Shown: positions 9,298 through 18,084 of the stretch, in pieces
Layout of the letters: every line of letters starts with the position of its first letter
Position numbering within the stretch: position 1 is the first letter of the stretch
Source: Patescibacteria group bacterium
GTDB taxonomy: Bacteria; Omnitrophota; Gorgyraeia; Gygaellales; Profunditerraquicolaceae
Assembly (NCBI GenBank): GCA_035506195.1
Contig: DATJPV010000028.1
Coordinates: 8,711-72,710, forward strand
Direction of reading: 5' to 3'
Length of the DNA: 64,000 nt
Position numbers and translations under genes: made by a program
The notes under the pieces: model-generated
What the model saw: only the letters and a program-made list of their open reading frames with translations
What the model was told of the DNA's origin: nothing
Database searches by the model: none

Positions 9298-9687
9298 TTA
9301 AAACGGTCCTTCGTACTTTTGCTTTGGCTTTGCGTATTCCTGTTTGCGCCGCAGGAGCTGAGCCTTGTGCAGGTCCATACAGTTGATAACGAGCGGTTTA
9401 TTCACTTCAAGGAATTCGATGCCGATGACAAAAGAACTATCGTGCCTTTTGAGTTCATTGCTATACTTGACCTTGCCTTTGCCTGTAAGATGCTCTCCGC
9501 AGACCTCGGTGAGCACGTCAAATGCCACTACGCTACCCGGTTCCAGCCGATGGTTTGCACGGACGCAAAACCCGCCAAAACTAAGATTAGCTAATATACC
9601 CCGGATTGCCTGCTGGGCTCCAGATTCGGGCATCAGGTTTGCGAAGCCTTCGATTTCGTGCCGGGCATGGTTACGCGCTTGATGCAT
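9298..9687 (-). CDS. PilZ domain protein (putative c-di-GMP receptor)
   Basis: RxxxR (RNHAR) followed by (D/N)xSxGG (NLSFGG), the hallmark PilZ c-di-GMP-binding motifs. Confidence 0.55.
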   Translation of the reverse strand: MHQARNHARHEIEGFANLMPESGAQQAIRGILANLSFGGFCVRANHRLEPGSVVAFDVLTEVCGEHLTGKGKVKYSNELKRHDSSFVIGIEFLEVNKPLVINCMDLHKAQLLRRKQEYAKPKQKYEGPF

Positions 9688-9693
9688 CTGGTC

Positions 9694-10092
9694 TTACGGC
9701 CTCCTCTCCAGCAAACCGATGATGCGATTGATCTTATCCACCAAAGAATGTACAAGGTCTTTCTTGCGGATAGTAATGCGCACGGAATAGTTCCCTGCCA
9801 ACACCTCATCGAGCATGGACTCAATGCGTTGTAAAGGGCCGAGGCTGCGGTGTAAGAGCACGCACGTACTTGCCAGAAGAATAAAAATGACGCCCAGGAA
9901 ACTGACTTGCATGATCAGAAAATTGGTCTTCCAGGCAGAAGAATACTGAAAGTTGGTCTGTAACTCCGAAACCATCTTCCAGGCAGAATAAAAATTGACA
10001 ACTACCAGGACGGCAATGTAGACCAACGCAAAATGCACGAACTTAAAAGTGTGCCTGCGCAACCAGAACACCGCTCTGCGTCTCTCTCTCAT
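9694..10092 (-). CDS. Small membrane protein with HAMP-like linker
   Basis: Two TM helices followed by an amphipathic HAMP-like segment (LQRIESMLDEVLAGNYSVRI). Confidence 0.35.
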   Translation of the reverse strand: MRERRRAVFWLRRHTFKFVHFALVYIAVLVVVNFYSAWKMVSELQTNFQYSSAWKTNFLIMQVSFLGVIFILLASTCVLLHRSLGPLQRIESMLDEVLAGNYSVRITIRKKDLVHSLVDKINRIIGLLERRP

Positions 10093-10107
10093 ATGCGCTC
10101 CTCTTGA

Positions 10108-10521
10108 TTAATAGTAACCCTGCGTCCCCGACCAGTTACCGGCTGCATCCAGGTTAATCTGATATGCGTCGCGGCCCTGGGGAGGCTTGCCGCCAGACGT
10201 GCAGCGCGTGGCCTCGATGGTAAAATCGACGGCGTTGGCGGCAGTGAGGGCAAAAGAATACCAATGGCTGGGCATGCACGTTTCCGGATACACGATAGCC
10301 AGGTCCGCCGAGTTGCCGGTATACGTAAAATGCTCCATGAAATAGGCGAATTGGGCTCTGCGTATCTGCCCAAGGTTCATTTTGGCTTCGGCGGTACGGC
10401 TCTTTTCGACAATGGCCCCAAACTGCGCCATTCCTATAAGCGACAGGACGGAAATAATGATGAGCGTCACTGTTAATTCCATAAGCGTAAAGCCGGGGGC
10501 AAGGAGGCGATGTGCACGCAT
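10108..10521 (-). CDS. Prepilin-type N-terminal cleavage/methylation domain protein (type IV pilin / pseudopilin)
   Basis: GFTLMELTVTLIIISVL class III signal (G|FTLxE) shortly after the start Met; globular C-terminus with Cys pair. Confidence 0.65.
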   Translation of the reverse strand: MRAHRLLAPGFTLMELTVTLIIISVLSLIGMAQFGAIVEKSRTAEAKMNLGQIRRAQFAYFMEHFTYTGNSADLAIVYPETCMPSHWYSFALTAANAVDFTIEATRCTSGGKPPQGRDAYQINLDAAGNWSGTQGYY

Positions 10522-10523
10522 GT

Positions 10524-10721
10524 CTACCAGAGGTTTTCGCGTATCCACTCATCCGCTTTTTTGATCGAATACCAGAAGCTTGAAGTATCTTCGCTAAGGC
10601 CTTCAACGGTAGCAGAGGTAGTATTCGCCGCGCCTTCGGCTGTGCCCTTGGCGGTCTGACAGCCAGCCAGTAGTAGAGCTATCCCGGATAACGCGCATAG
10701 CAGCAGGACGATCTTTTTCAT
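10524..10721 (-). CDS. Small lipoprotein
   Basis: MKKIVLLLCALSGIALLLAGC lipobox signal peptide, then ~45 aa hydrophilic. Confidence 0.4.
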   Translation of the reverse strand: MKKIVLLLCALSGIALLLAGCQTAKGTAEGAANTTSATVEGLSEDTSSFWYSIKKADEWIRENLW

Positions 10722-10723
10722 GC

Positions 10724-12037
10724 TCAGCTCCTTTTTACCCATTTCATCAGTCGGGCTTTGGTACGCTCTTTGCCTAAATAATATATGACTTCAAATAACC
10801 CCGGGCCTACGGTCTTGCCGGTCAGGGCTACGCGGATAGGGTGGATCAGGGCCTTTGCAGGGATTCCTAATTCCGCGACCAATTCCCGAAAAGCGGTCTC
10901 GATGGTGGCGATGTCAAAATGCGGCAACGCCTCCATCCTTTTTATGAAGAGCGTAAATTCCCGGGATAAATCCGCCGAGAGAAATTTCTCCTGTGCCTTC
11001 GGATCAACCGCGGGTTCGGCGATGAAGAAAAAGTCAGCCCATTCGGGGAAGTCATTTATCGTCGTAAGCCGCTCTTTAAATAATTTTACTAAAGAAACCA
11101 GGTAATTGCCATCGAAATGTTCCCTGTCGATATAGCCTCGTTCTGCCAACAGCGGGACAAGTTGCTGCGCTAGTTCCTGCTCGTCTATTTTTTTCAAATA
11201 CTGGTTGTTCAACCAATTAAGCTTATCCATATCGAAGGCGGCCGCGGTTTTTTTCACGTCGGTTATATCAAACAGCTTGATCGCCTCTGCGGTTTCAATC
11301 ACCTCCCGATCATCCCCTGGCGACCAACTCAACAACAACAGATAATTCACCAAGGCCGCCGACAGATACCCCATCTTCCGGTAATCGGAAATAGCGGTTG
11401 CGCCGGTCCTTTTAGAGAGCCTGCCCCCTTCTTTATCCATGATCAAAGGCAGGTGCGCAAACGCCGGCACCGGCAATCCCATGGCTTCATACAATAAGAC
11501 CTGCTTCGGAGTGTTGGAGATGTGATCGTCGCCCCTGATAACGTGAGTAATCTGCATCGTGGCATCATCTACCACGCAGGCAAAATTATAGGTAGGGGTG
11601 CCGTCGGACTTCATAAGCACTTGATCTTTGATGACCTGCGTGTCGAACTCGATCTTACCGTGGATAAGGTCATGAACGACGACCTGGCGGGGCTGTACTT
11701 TAAAAATAATCGCCTTGCCTCGCGGCTGGCCATCCTCGGTGAACGACTCCTCCTCGTAGGCCCGGCCATCTGCCAAGAGCTTTTCGGCGTATGCGCGGTA
11801 GGCGTCGAAGCGTTGACTCTGGAAATAGAGCTCGTCCCAATCGAACCTAAGCCATTTCAGGCTATCCAGAATCTCATCAACGTATCTTTGTTCCGAGCGC
11901 ACCTTATCGGTGTCCTCTATCCTTAATACGAATTTTCCTTGCGTTGCCCTGGCGTACATCCAGTTGAATACCGCCGTCCTGGCTCCGCCGATGTGTAAAT
12001 ACCCGGTGGGGCTTGGCGCAAAACGAACCCTGACCAT
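10724..12037 (-). CDS. gltX: Glutamyl-tRNA synthetase
   Basis: MVRVRFAPSPTGYLHIGGARTAVFNW (HIGH class I motif) and KLSKR (KMSKS) present. Confidence 0.9.
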   Translation of the reverse strand: MVRVRFAPSPTGYLHIGGARTAVFNWMYARATQGKFVLRIEDTDKVRSEQRYVDEILDSLKWLRFDWDELYFQSQRFDAYRAYAEKLLADGRAYEEESFTEDGQPRGKAIIFKVQPRQVVVHDLIHGKIEFDTQVIKDQVLMKSDGTPTYNFACVVDDATMQITHVIRGDDHISNTPKQVLLYEAMGLPVPAFAHLPLIMDKEGGRLSKRTGATAISDYRKMGYLSAALVNYLLLLSWSPGDDREVIETAEAIKLFDITDVKKTAAAFDMDKLNWLNNQYLKKIDEQELAQQLVPLLAERGYIDREHFDGNYLVSLVKLFKERLTTINDFPEWADFFFIAEPAVDPKAQEKFLSADLSREFTLFIKRMEALPHFDIATIETAFRELVAELGIPAKALIHPIRVALTGKTVGPGLFEVIYYLGKERTKARLMKWVKRS

Positions 12038-12057
12038 CGAGCACCTCTAGCTTTTGT

Positions 12058-12600
12058 TTAGCGAGACCCCAAAGCCAACTGTTGGCCCTTCAAAAGCGCC
12101 TGCTGATTTATCTGGACTAGATGCTTTTTATCCGCGGGCGCAATTTCTTCGATAACCTCGAGCACACTGTCAAGTGCAACAATTTCTCTCTTGCCCACAA
12201 AGAACCCGAGAGCAACCATATTAGCCACCTTGATGTTGCCTAGCTCAATGGCAATGTCTGTAAAAGGCTGTCGCAAGGCTGTCGCGGCAACAGGCGGAGC
12301 GTCTTCGGCAAGAGAGCTATTAATAATACAGAGGCCGCCTTTTTCTACCCGGCGCCCGAACCGTTCCAGCGAAGGGTTGTTCATAATGATCAGCGTATCG
12401 GCTTTGTTAATGTACGGCGATCCTATCTCTGCGTCAGAAATAACCGTCATGCAATGCGCGGTCCCTCCGCGCACCTCCGGGCCATACGCCGGAAGCCAGG
12501 TGACGTGCTTGCCTTCACGGACTGCTGCCTCCGCCAAGATCTTACCTAACAACATGATCCCCTGGCCGCCGCTGCCGGCGGCTATTATTTTTTCTACCAT
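12058..12600 (-). CDS. korC: 2-oxoacid:ferredoxin oxidoreductase, gamma subunit
   Basis: Pyruvate/2-oxoglutarate ferredoxin oxidoreductase gamma signature (GSGGQG... at the N-terminus); operon context with alpha/beta/delta. Confidence 0.8.
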   Translation of the reverse strand: MVEKIIAAGSGGQGIMLLGKILAEAAVREGKHVTWLPAYGPEVRGGTAHCMTVISDAEIGSPYINKADTLIIMNNPSLERFGRRVEKGGLCIINSSLAEDAPPVAATALRQPFTDIAIELGNIKVANMVALGFFVGKREIVALDSVLEVIEEIAPADKKHLVQINQQALLKGQQLALGSR

Positions 12601-12605
12601 TGTGC

Positions 12606-13334
12606 TTATTTTATCCTACCCAAAGGAAATTCTTTTATCATGGTGTCCCTGATCCAGGCCAGGGCTTGTACCGGCGTAAGCCCCCAGTAGGTAGGGCAGG
12701 GAGAGAGCATCTCTACCAATGAGAACCCTGCTCCGTCGATCTGGTTCTTGAACGCCTGCATGACCGCTTTTTTTGCTTTCATAATCTCCTGAGGGGAATG
12801 CAGGGAAACCCTCTCTACGTACGTAACCGCCGGCAGGCCGGCAAGCATCTCGGAGATCTTTAAGGGGTAGCCTTCTAAACGCGAGTTTCTCCCCTGGAGT
12901 GTGGTCGCAGTCTTCTGGCCGATCAACGTCGTCGGAGCCATCTGTCCTCCGGTCATCCCATAGACCGCATTGTTGATAAAAATAACGGTGACGTTTTCTC
13001 CGCGATTTGCCGCATGGATAGTTTCATTGGTACCGATGGCGGCCAAATCGCCGTCGCCTTGATAGGTAAATATGATGTTATCCGGCCTCACGCGCTTGAG
13101 GGCGGTAGCGATGGCCAATGCCCGGCCGTGAGCCGCCTCTGAGCAATCAAAATCCCAATAGTCATAAGCAACCACCGCGCATCCCACCGGAGCCACGGCG
13201 ATAACACGCTGACGAATCTCCAGTTCGTCTACCGCCTCCGCGATCAAGCGGTGCGCAATGCCATGGCCGCAGCCAGGACAGTAATGAGTGGAGGTATCCC
13301 GCAATGAAGGAGGGGGAGCGAATATTTTTCCCAT
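12606..13334 (-). CDS. korB: 2-oxoacid:ferredoxin oxidoreductase, beta (TPP-binding) subunit
   Basis: CPGCGHG Cys motif and TPP-binding GDG...N region. Confidence 0.85.
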   Translation of the reverse strand: MGKIFAPPPSLRDTSTHYCPGCGHGIAHRLIAEAVDELEIRQRVIAVAPVGCAVVAYDYWDFDCSEAAHGRALAIATALKRVRPDNIIFTYQGDGDLAAIGTNETIHAANRGENVTVIFINNAVYGMTGGQMAPTTLIGQKTATTLQGRNSRLEGYPLKISEMLAGLPAVTYVERVSLHSPQEIMKAKKAVMQAFKNQIDGAGFSLVEMLSPCPTYWGLTPVQALAWIRDTMIKEFPLGRIK

Positions 13335-13336
13335 GG

Positions 13337-14410
13337 TTAGCTGTGTGCCGCATAGAGCTTAAGGGCCCTGCGCACAATCTCCTCTTCGGCCGGTATGCCG
13401 CCTCCGGAGCGACCATAAAATTCTACCGGCGTCTTACCATTAACGGCGAGCCTAACGTCTTGTACCATTTGTCCGTACGACATTTCCACTGCCATGAACA
13501 CGGGCGGTTTTTTGCGTCTAAGCATCTTCTGAATGGCTTCCTCCGGGAAGGGCCAGAGCGTGAGGGGGCGAATGAGGCCGACTTTTTTCCCCCGGAGCCG
13601 CAGCTGTTTTACTGCGCTTTTGACGATACGGGCCATCGTGCCATACGCCACCAGAACGAGCTTGGCGTCGTCTAAAAAAACCTCTTCGTACCGGGTCTGG
13701 GTACGCTGGATAGCCTGGTATTTCTTTTGCAACAACAGATTGAACTCTTCCAAGGCCCCTTCGGCTAAATAAAAAGATTTTACGATATTGGGTTTCCGGT
13801 CTTTGCACCCTGTCAGGGCCCACGGCTTGGGGTAGTTTTTAGGAACCAAGGCTCCTATCCGGGAAAATGTCACCGGCTCCATCATTTGACCGAGCATCCC
13901 GTCCCCCAGCACGATGACCGGTATGCGATACCTATCCGCCAGGTCGAAAGCCTGCCCCATGCACTCGTATGCCTCCTGGACCGTCGCGGGCGCCAAGACG
14001 ATACAGCGGTAGTCTCCGTGCCCCCCTCCCCGGGTGGCCTGAAAATAGTCCGCCTGCGAAGGCGCGATATTGCCGAGGCCGGGGCCGCCGCGCATGACGT
14101 TGACAATGACCGCCGGAAGCTGGGCGCCGGCGATGTAGGAAATGCCTTCTTGTTTCAGGCTGATGCCGGGGCTGGAAGAAGAAGTCATGGCCCGACAGCC
14201 TGCTGCAGAGGCACCATAGACCATATTAATCGCGGAGGTTTCTGACTCTGCCTGAATAAATACCCCACCCTTTTCCGGCATATGCTGCGCCATATAGGCG
14301 GTCAGTTCATTCTGCGGAGTTATCGGATAACCGGCATAGAAACGGCATCCTGCCTGTAAGGCGCCTTCGGCGATGGCTTCGTTACCACTAAGCAAAACTT
14401 TAGGCGGCAT
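13337..14410 (-). CDS. korA: 2-oxoacid:ferredoxin oxidoreductase, alpha subunit
   Basis: Conserved N-terminal [23 protein letters not shown] of the POR/KOR alpha subunit. Confidence 0.85.
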   Translation of the reverse strand: MPPKVLLSGNEAIAEGALQAGCRFYAGYPITPQNELTAYMAQHMPEKGGVFIQAESETSAINMVYGASAAGCRAMTSSSSPGISLKQEGISYIAGAQLPAVIVNVMRGGPGLGNIAPSQADYFQATRGGGHGDYRCIVLAPATVQEAYECMGQAFDLADRYRIPVIVLGDGMLGQMMEPVTFSRIGALVPKNYPKPWALTGCKDRKPNIVKSFYLAEGALEEFNLLLQKKYQAIQRTQTRYEEVFLDDAKLVLVAYGTMARIVKSAVKQLRLRGKKVGLIRPLTLWPFPEEAIQKMLRRKKPPVFMAVEMSYGQMVQDVRLAVNGKTPVEFYGRSGGGIPAEEEIVRRALKLYAAHS

Positions 14411-14412
14411 AT

Positions 14413-14616
14413 TTACGTATACACCTCAATACAGCAATCCGGACAGATAAGCGCGCACAGGGCACACCCCAGACATGCAGACCCGGCGTTAAACTTTACC
14501 GGTTTCAATCCCTTCTTATTAAGGCGCTGGTCCACCTGAAGCATGCCCTTAGGACAGACGCTGATACATAAAAGACACCCTTTACACTTATCGGCATTTA
14601 CGGTTATTTTAGGCAC
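14413..14616 (-). CDS. korD: 4Fe-4S ferredoxin subunit (delta) of 2-oxoacid:ferredoxin oxidoreductase
   Basis: Two CxxCxxCxxxCP motifs in 67 aa. Confidence 0.8.
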   Translation of the reverse strand: MPKITVNADKCKGCLLCISVCPKGMLQVDQRLNKKGLKPVKFNAGSACLGCALCALICPDCCIEVYT

Positions 14617-16504
14617 TGACGGTACCTTTGGTGATCTTCCGGTTTTTTCCAGAAAGCGTCTGACGGACCTTGTCTGCGATGCCCTCGGCGGTCAACCCGT
14701 ACTCTTTCAATAGCGGGCCTCTCCTGCCGCAGGGAAGGAAACCACACGGCAGCCCCATACTCACGACAGGACGGTTGAGCGCAGCGCTTACCGCGCTGCC
14801 GAGCCCGCCGTCGACAATACCTTCTTCAACGGTAAAAAGCGCGCCGGATTTACCGGCCATTCCATGAAGCAGTTCGGTATCCAGCGGCCTGACAAAGCGA
14901 GCATTAATCACTGCGACATCTATGCCATCACGTTTAAGCGCTGAGGCAGCCTCCAGGCTAGGCATGACCATTGCCCCTAACGCAAAGAGCACGGCATCTT
15001 TGCCTTCGCGCAGGACCTCTGCCTTACCCAGCTCAATGTCTGCGGTCGGCACTCCCTGATCTTCCGGAACCCTGTCCCTGGGGTAGCGAAGCGCCGCTGG
15101 AGCCTGAAGCATACAAGCGAAATACAACATCTTTTTCAATTCAAGGCCGTTTTTCGCAGCCATGATTACCATGCCCGGCACATCGCGCAGGAAGGATATA
15201 TCAAAAATCCCCTGGTGCGTAGCGCCGTCTTCTCCAACGATACCGGCGCGGTCAACGGCAAAGACAACGCCGAGCCCCTGCAAGGCAACACACTCGATGA
15301 GCTGGTCGTACGCCCTCTGCAAGAAGGTGGAATAAATAGCTACCACCGGTTTTAAGCCTCGCCTGGCAAGCCCGGCAGCAAAACAGACCGCGTGTTCTTC
15401 GGCAATACCCACATCAAAGAAGCGCTCCGGATACGCATCCCGGAATTTATCCAGACCCGTCCCTTCGGGCATTGCCGCAGTTATAGCTACGATCTTGCGG
15501 TCGGTCTTTGCCAGTTCCACGAGCGTATCGCCGAATACCCGGGTATAGGTGCAGGATACGCACCCTTTTCCGGAAACAGCGCTCCCGGTTTCTATCTCAA
15601 AGGGGCCGATCCCGTGGAATTTCACCGGTTCCTGTTCCGCAGGCACATACCCTTTGCCTTTCTGGGTAACCACGTGCAGCATCACCGGCCCTTTGATGCT
15701 TGAGATATTCTTGAGGCTTTTGATTAAAAGAGGCAGATTGTGGCCATCCAGCGGCCCGAAATAACGAAACCCCAGCTCTTCAAAAAGCATCCCGGGGATA
15801 AATAGCCCTTTGAGCCCTTCCTCGAATTTATTAGCGAGGTTTATCAGGCGGCTCCCGCGGGGAACGCGAGCCTTGAGGAACTCTTCCAGAGAGCTGCGGA
15901 AGCGATTGTAGACCGGTAGAGAAATGAGCTTATTCAAATACGTACTGAGCGCTCCGACATTGGGAGCAATAGAGAGCTCATTGGTATTCAGAACGACCAG
16001 CATATCTTTTTTAAGGTGGCCGGCATTATTGAGCCCCTCAAAACACAAGCCCCCGCTCAAGGAACCGTCTCCGATGACTGCTACCACGCGAAAATGCTCT
16101 TCCTGCGGCAACAGGTCCCTGGCGCACACTAACCCCAGGGCCAGGGAAACTGCGGTTGAGCTGTGGCCGGTGGTGAAACTGTCATAGGAGGATTCATCTT
16201 TACAGGGGAACCCGCTTAACCCGTGACGTTGACGCAGGCTGGTAAAGTCTTTATTGCGGCCGGTTAGAATCTTATGGGCATAGGCCTGGTGCCCCACATC
16301 CCAAATAATCTTATCGGTAGGGGTATCCAGACAATAATGCAGGGCGATGGCAAGCTCTACCGCGCCAAGGCTGGAAGCCAAGTGTCCCCCTGTGGAGGAA
16401 ACGACATCGATAATCCGCTGCCTTATTTCCTCGGCCAAAAGCGGCAGTTTCTCCGGCAGCATGTTCTTAAGGTCGCGCGGTGAGTGAACAGTTTCCAACA
16501 GCAT
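14609..16504 (-). CDS. dxs: 1-deoxy-D-xylulose-5-phosphate synthase
   Basis: N-terminal ...VHSP.DLK....E.LP.LA.EIR..I...VS.TGGHL.SSLG.VEL..ALHY and TPP/transketolase motifs. Start likely the Met at 16504, abutting xseB. Confidence 0.9.
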   Translation of the reverse strand: MLLETVHSPRDLKNMLPEKLPLLAEEIRQRIIDVVSSTGGHLASSLGAVELAIALHYCLDTPTDKIIWDVGHQAYAHKILTGRNKDFTSLRQRHGLSGFPCKDESSYDSFTTGHSSTAVSLALGLVCARDLLPQEEHFRVVAVIGDGSLSGGLCFEGLNNAGHLKKDMLVVLNTNELSIAPNVGALSTYLNKLISLPVYNRFRSSLEEFLKARVPRGSRLINLANKFEEGLKGLFIPGMLFEELGFRYFGPLDGHNLPLLIKSLKNISSIKGPVMLHVVTQKGKGYVPAEQEPVKFHGIGPFEIETGSAVSGKGCVSCTYTRVFGDTLVELAKTDRKIVAITAAMPEGTGLDKFRDAYPERFFDVGIAEEHAVCFAAGLARRGLKPVVAIYSTFLQRAYDQLIECVALQGLGVVFAVDRAGIVGEDGATHQGIFDISFLRDVPGMVIMAAKNGLELKKMLYFACMLQAPAALRYPRDRVPEDQGVPTADIELGKAEVLREGKDAVLFALGAMVMPSLEAASALKRDGIDVAVINARFVRPLDTELLHGMAGKSGALFTVEEGIVDGGLGSAVSAALNRPVVSMGLPCGFLPCGRRGPLLKEYGLTAEGIADKVRQTLSGKNRKITKGTVSA

Positions 16505-16505
16505 G

Positions 16506-16742
16506 TTATTCTTCCAGTTTTTCCTCGTCCAAAGGCTTAAGCTCAAATTCGCCTTTCTTGTTCTTGCCTAATAACTCGATCTTTTTCTTGGCGCTTTCCA
16601 GTTTCTGGGCGCAGCTGCGGGAAAGCTCAATGCCCTCCTGATATTTCTTTAATGCCTCGTCAAGCGACAGGTCGCCTTTTTCCAGGTCCTCGACGATCTT
16701 TTCCAGCTTCTTGAGCGCCTCTTCAAACTTAATCTCCGCCAT
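16506..16742 (-). CDS. xseB: Exodeoxyribonuclease VII small subunit
   Basis: 78-aa coiled-coil protein FEEALKKLEKIVEDLEKGDLSLDEALKKYQEGIEL, immediately downstream of xseA. Confidence 0.85.
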   Translation of the reverse strand: MAEIKFEEALKKLEKIVEDLEKGDLSLDEALKKYQEGIELSRSCAQKLESAKKKIELLGKNKKGEFELKPLDEEKLEE

Positions 16743-18084
16743 CTCTGTCTACCTCCGTGACCTGGCTGATCAGATAACCCTGATGCAACCGGGTTTTAAT
16801 TTTTTCACCGATACTAACCTGTGTTGCGTCTCTGACGATTTCCTCTGCGGACATCCTAAAGGTGATACTGTAGCCGCGCGAAAGGATATTCAAAGGGCTT
16901 AATCCCGCCAGCCTCTCCACTGCTTTGGTAAACTGCGAGTCTTTCATGGCCAGGAAATGATCGATGCGCACGGACGCCTGCCGGGCCATATCCATGATCT
17001 TGAGCTGATATTGCTGGATCTGCGCGATCGGATTAAGAAGCGCCAGTTTCTTAACCAGCGTATCTAACCTTCCCGCGCTCAAGGCACACAGGTGCTGCGT
17101 CCCGAGGCCAAGCCGGTGCAATGCATCATCGATTGCTTCTGCAAAGCGTCCGGTGTTATCCAAAAACGCGCGCCGTAGCCGGACGCCGACATCATACACC
17201 GCCTCCTGCAGGTCTTCCTTTTTCGGGATCACCAGCTCTGCTGCTACCGACGGCGTGGCGGCACGGACGTCGGCAACCAAATCCGCAATAGTCCAATCCC
17301 GCTCATGCCCTACCGCAGAAATTACGGGTATTTTAGAGGCATATATCGCCCTGGCAACCACCTCTTCGTTAAATGCCCAGAGGTCTTCGATGCTGCCGCC
17401 TCCGCGGCCCACGATAAGCACTTCGATCCTGTCTGCCAGTGCCAGGCCATGATTGAAACCATTAAAATCCTTGATGGCTTGGGCGATTTCTTCCTTTGCG
17501 CCCTCCCCTTGCACCTTCACCGGGATGATGATGATCTCGACATCCCTAAAGCGCCGATCCAAAACTTTTAATATATCCTTGACCGCCGCGCCCTGTAGGG
17601 AAGTAACCACCCCGATCCTGGCCGGAAGATAGGGTATGGGTTTCTTATGTTCTTGGGCAAAAAGGCCTTCTTTTTCAAGCCGTTGCTTTAGTTGCTCAAG
17701 CGCCAGCTGCAGACTGCCTATGCCCTTGGGTTCAAGTCTCTCGATTATGATCTGATACTGGCTACGTGGACCATACACGGCAATGCGTCCGCAGCAGACG
17801 ATCTTCAGGCCATTTTCAATTTTGAACTTTACGTCTTTGCTGGCGCGAGCAAACATCACTCCCGCCAGTATCGCCAGGTCATCCTTTAAAGAAAAATAAA
17901 GGTGCCCGGCGGCAGAAGCGCTGAAATTCGAAACTTCTCCTTCCACCCAGATCTCGCCAAACGTATTCTCCAGCACCAGTTTTATGTCCTGGGTGATTTG
18001 AGAAACGGTGTATATGCGCTTGGCATTTTTTGAAGACTCTGCCTGGGCAAAAAGATCAGAGGCGTGTTCTGACATAGATGACAT
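16729..18084 (-). CDS. xseA: Exodeoxyribonuclease VII large subunit
   Basis: N-terminal OB-fold IWVEGEVSNFS...SGHLYFSLKD signature of XseA. Confidence 0.9.
   Translation of the reverse strand: MSSMSEHASDLFAQAESSKNAKRIYTVSQITQDIKLVLENTFGEIWVEGEVSNFSASAAGHLYFSLKDDLAILAGVMFARASKDVKFKIENGLKIVCCGRIAVYGPRSQYQIIIERLEPKGIGSLQLALEQLKQRLEKEGLFAQEHKKPIPYLPARIGVVTSLQGAAVKDILKVLDRRFRDVEIIIIPVKVQGEGAKEEIAQAIKDFNGFNHGLALADRIEVLIVGRGGGSIEDLWAFNEEVVARAIYASKIPVISAVGHERDWTIADLVADVRAATPSVAAELVIPKKEDLQEAVYDVGVRLRRAFLDNTGRFAEAIDDALHRLGLGTQHLCALSAGRLDTLVKKLALLNPIAQIQQYQLKIMDMARQASVRIDHFLAMKDSQFTKAVERLAGLSPLNILSRGYSITFRMSAEEIVRDATQVSIGEKIKTRLHQGYLISQVTEVDRDGGD

Noticed and set aside
10154-10606. 150-aa minus-strand ORF
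   Set aside because: It is an alternative frame overlapping the pseudopilin gene and carries no recognisable motif, whereas the pseudopilin frame has a textbook class III signal.
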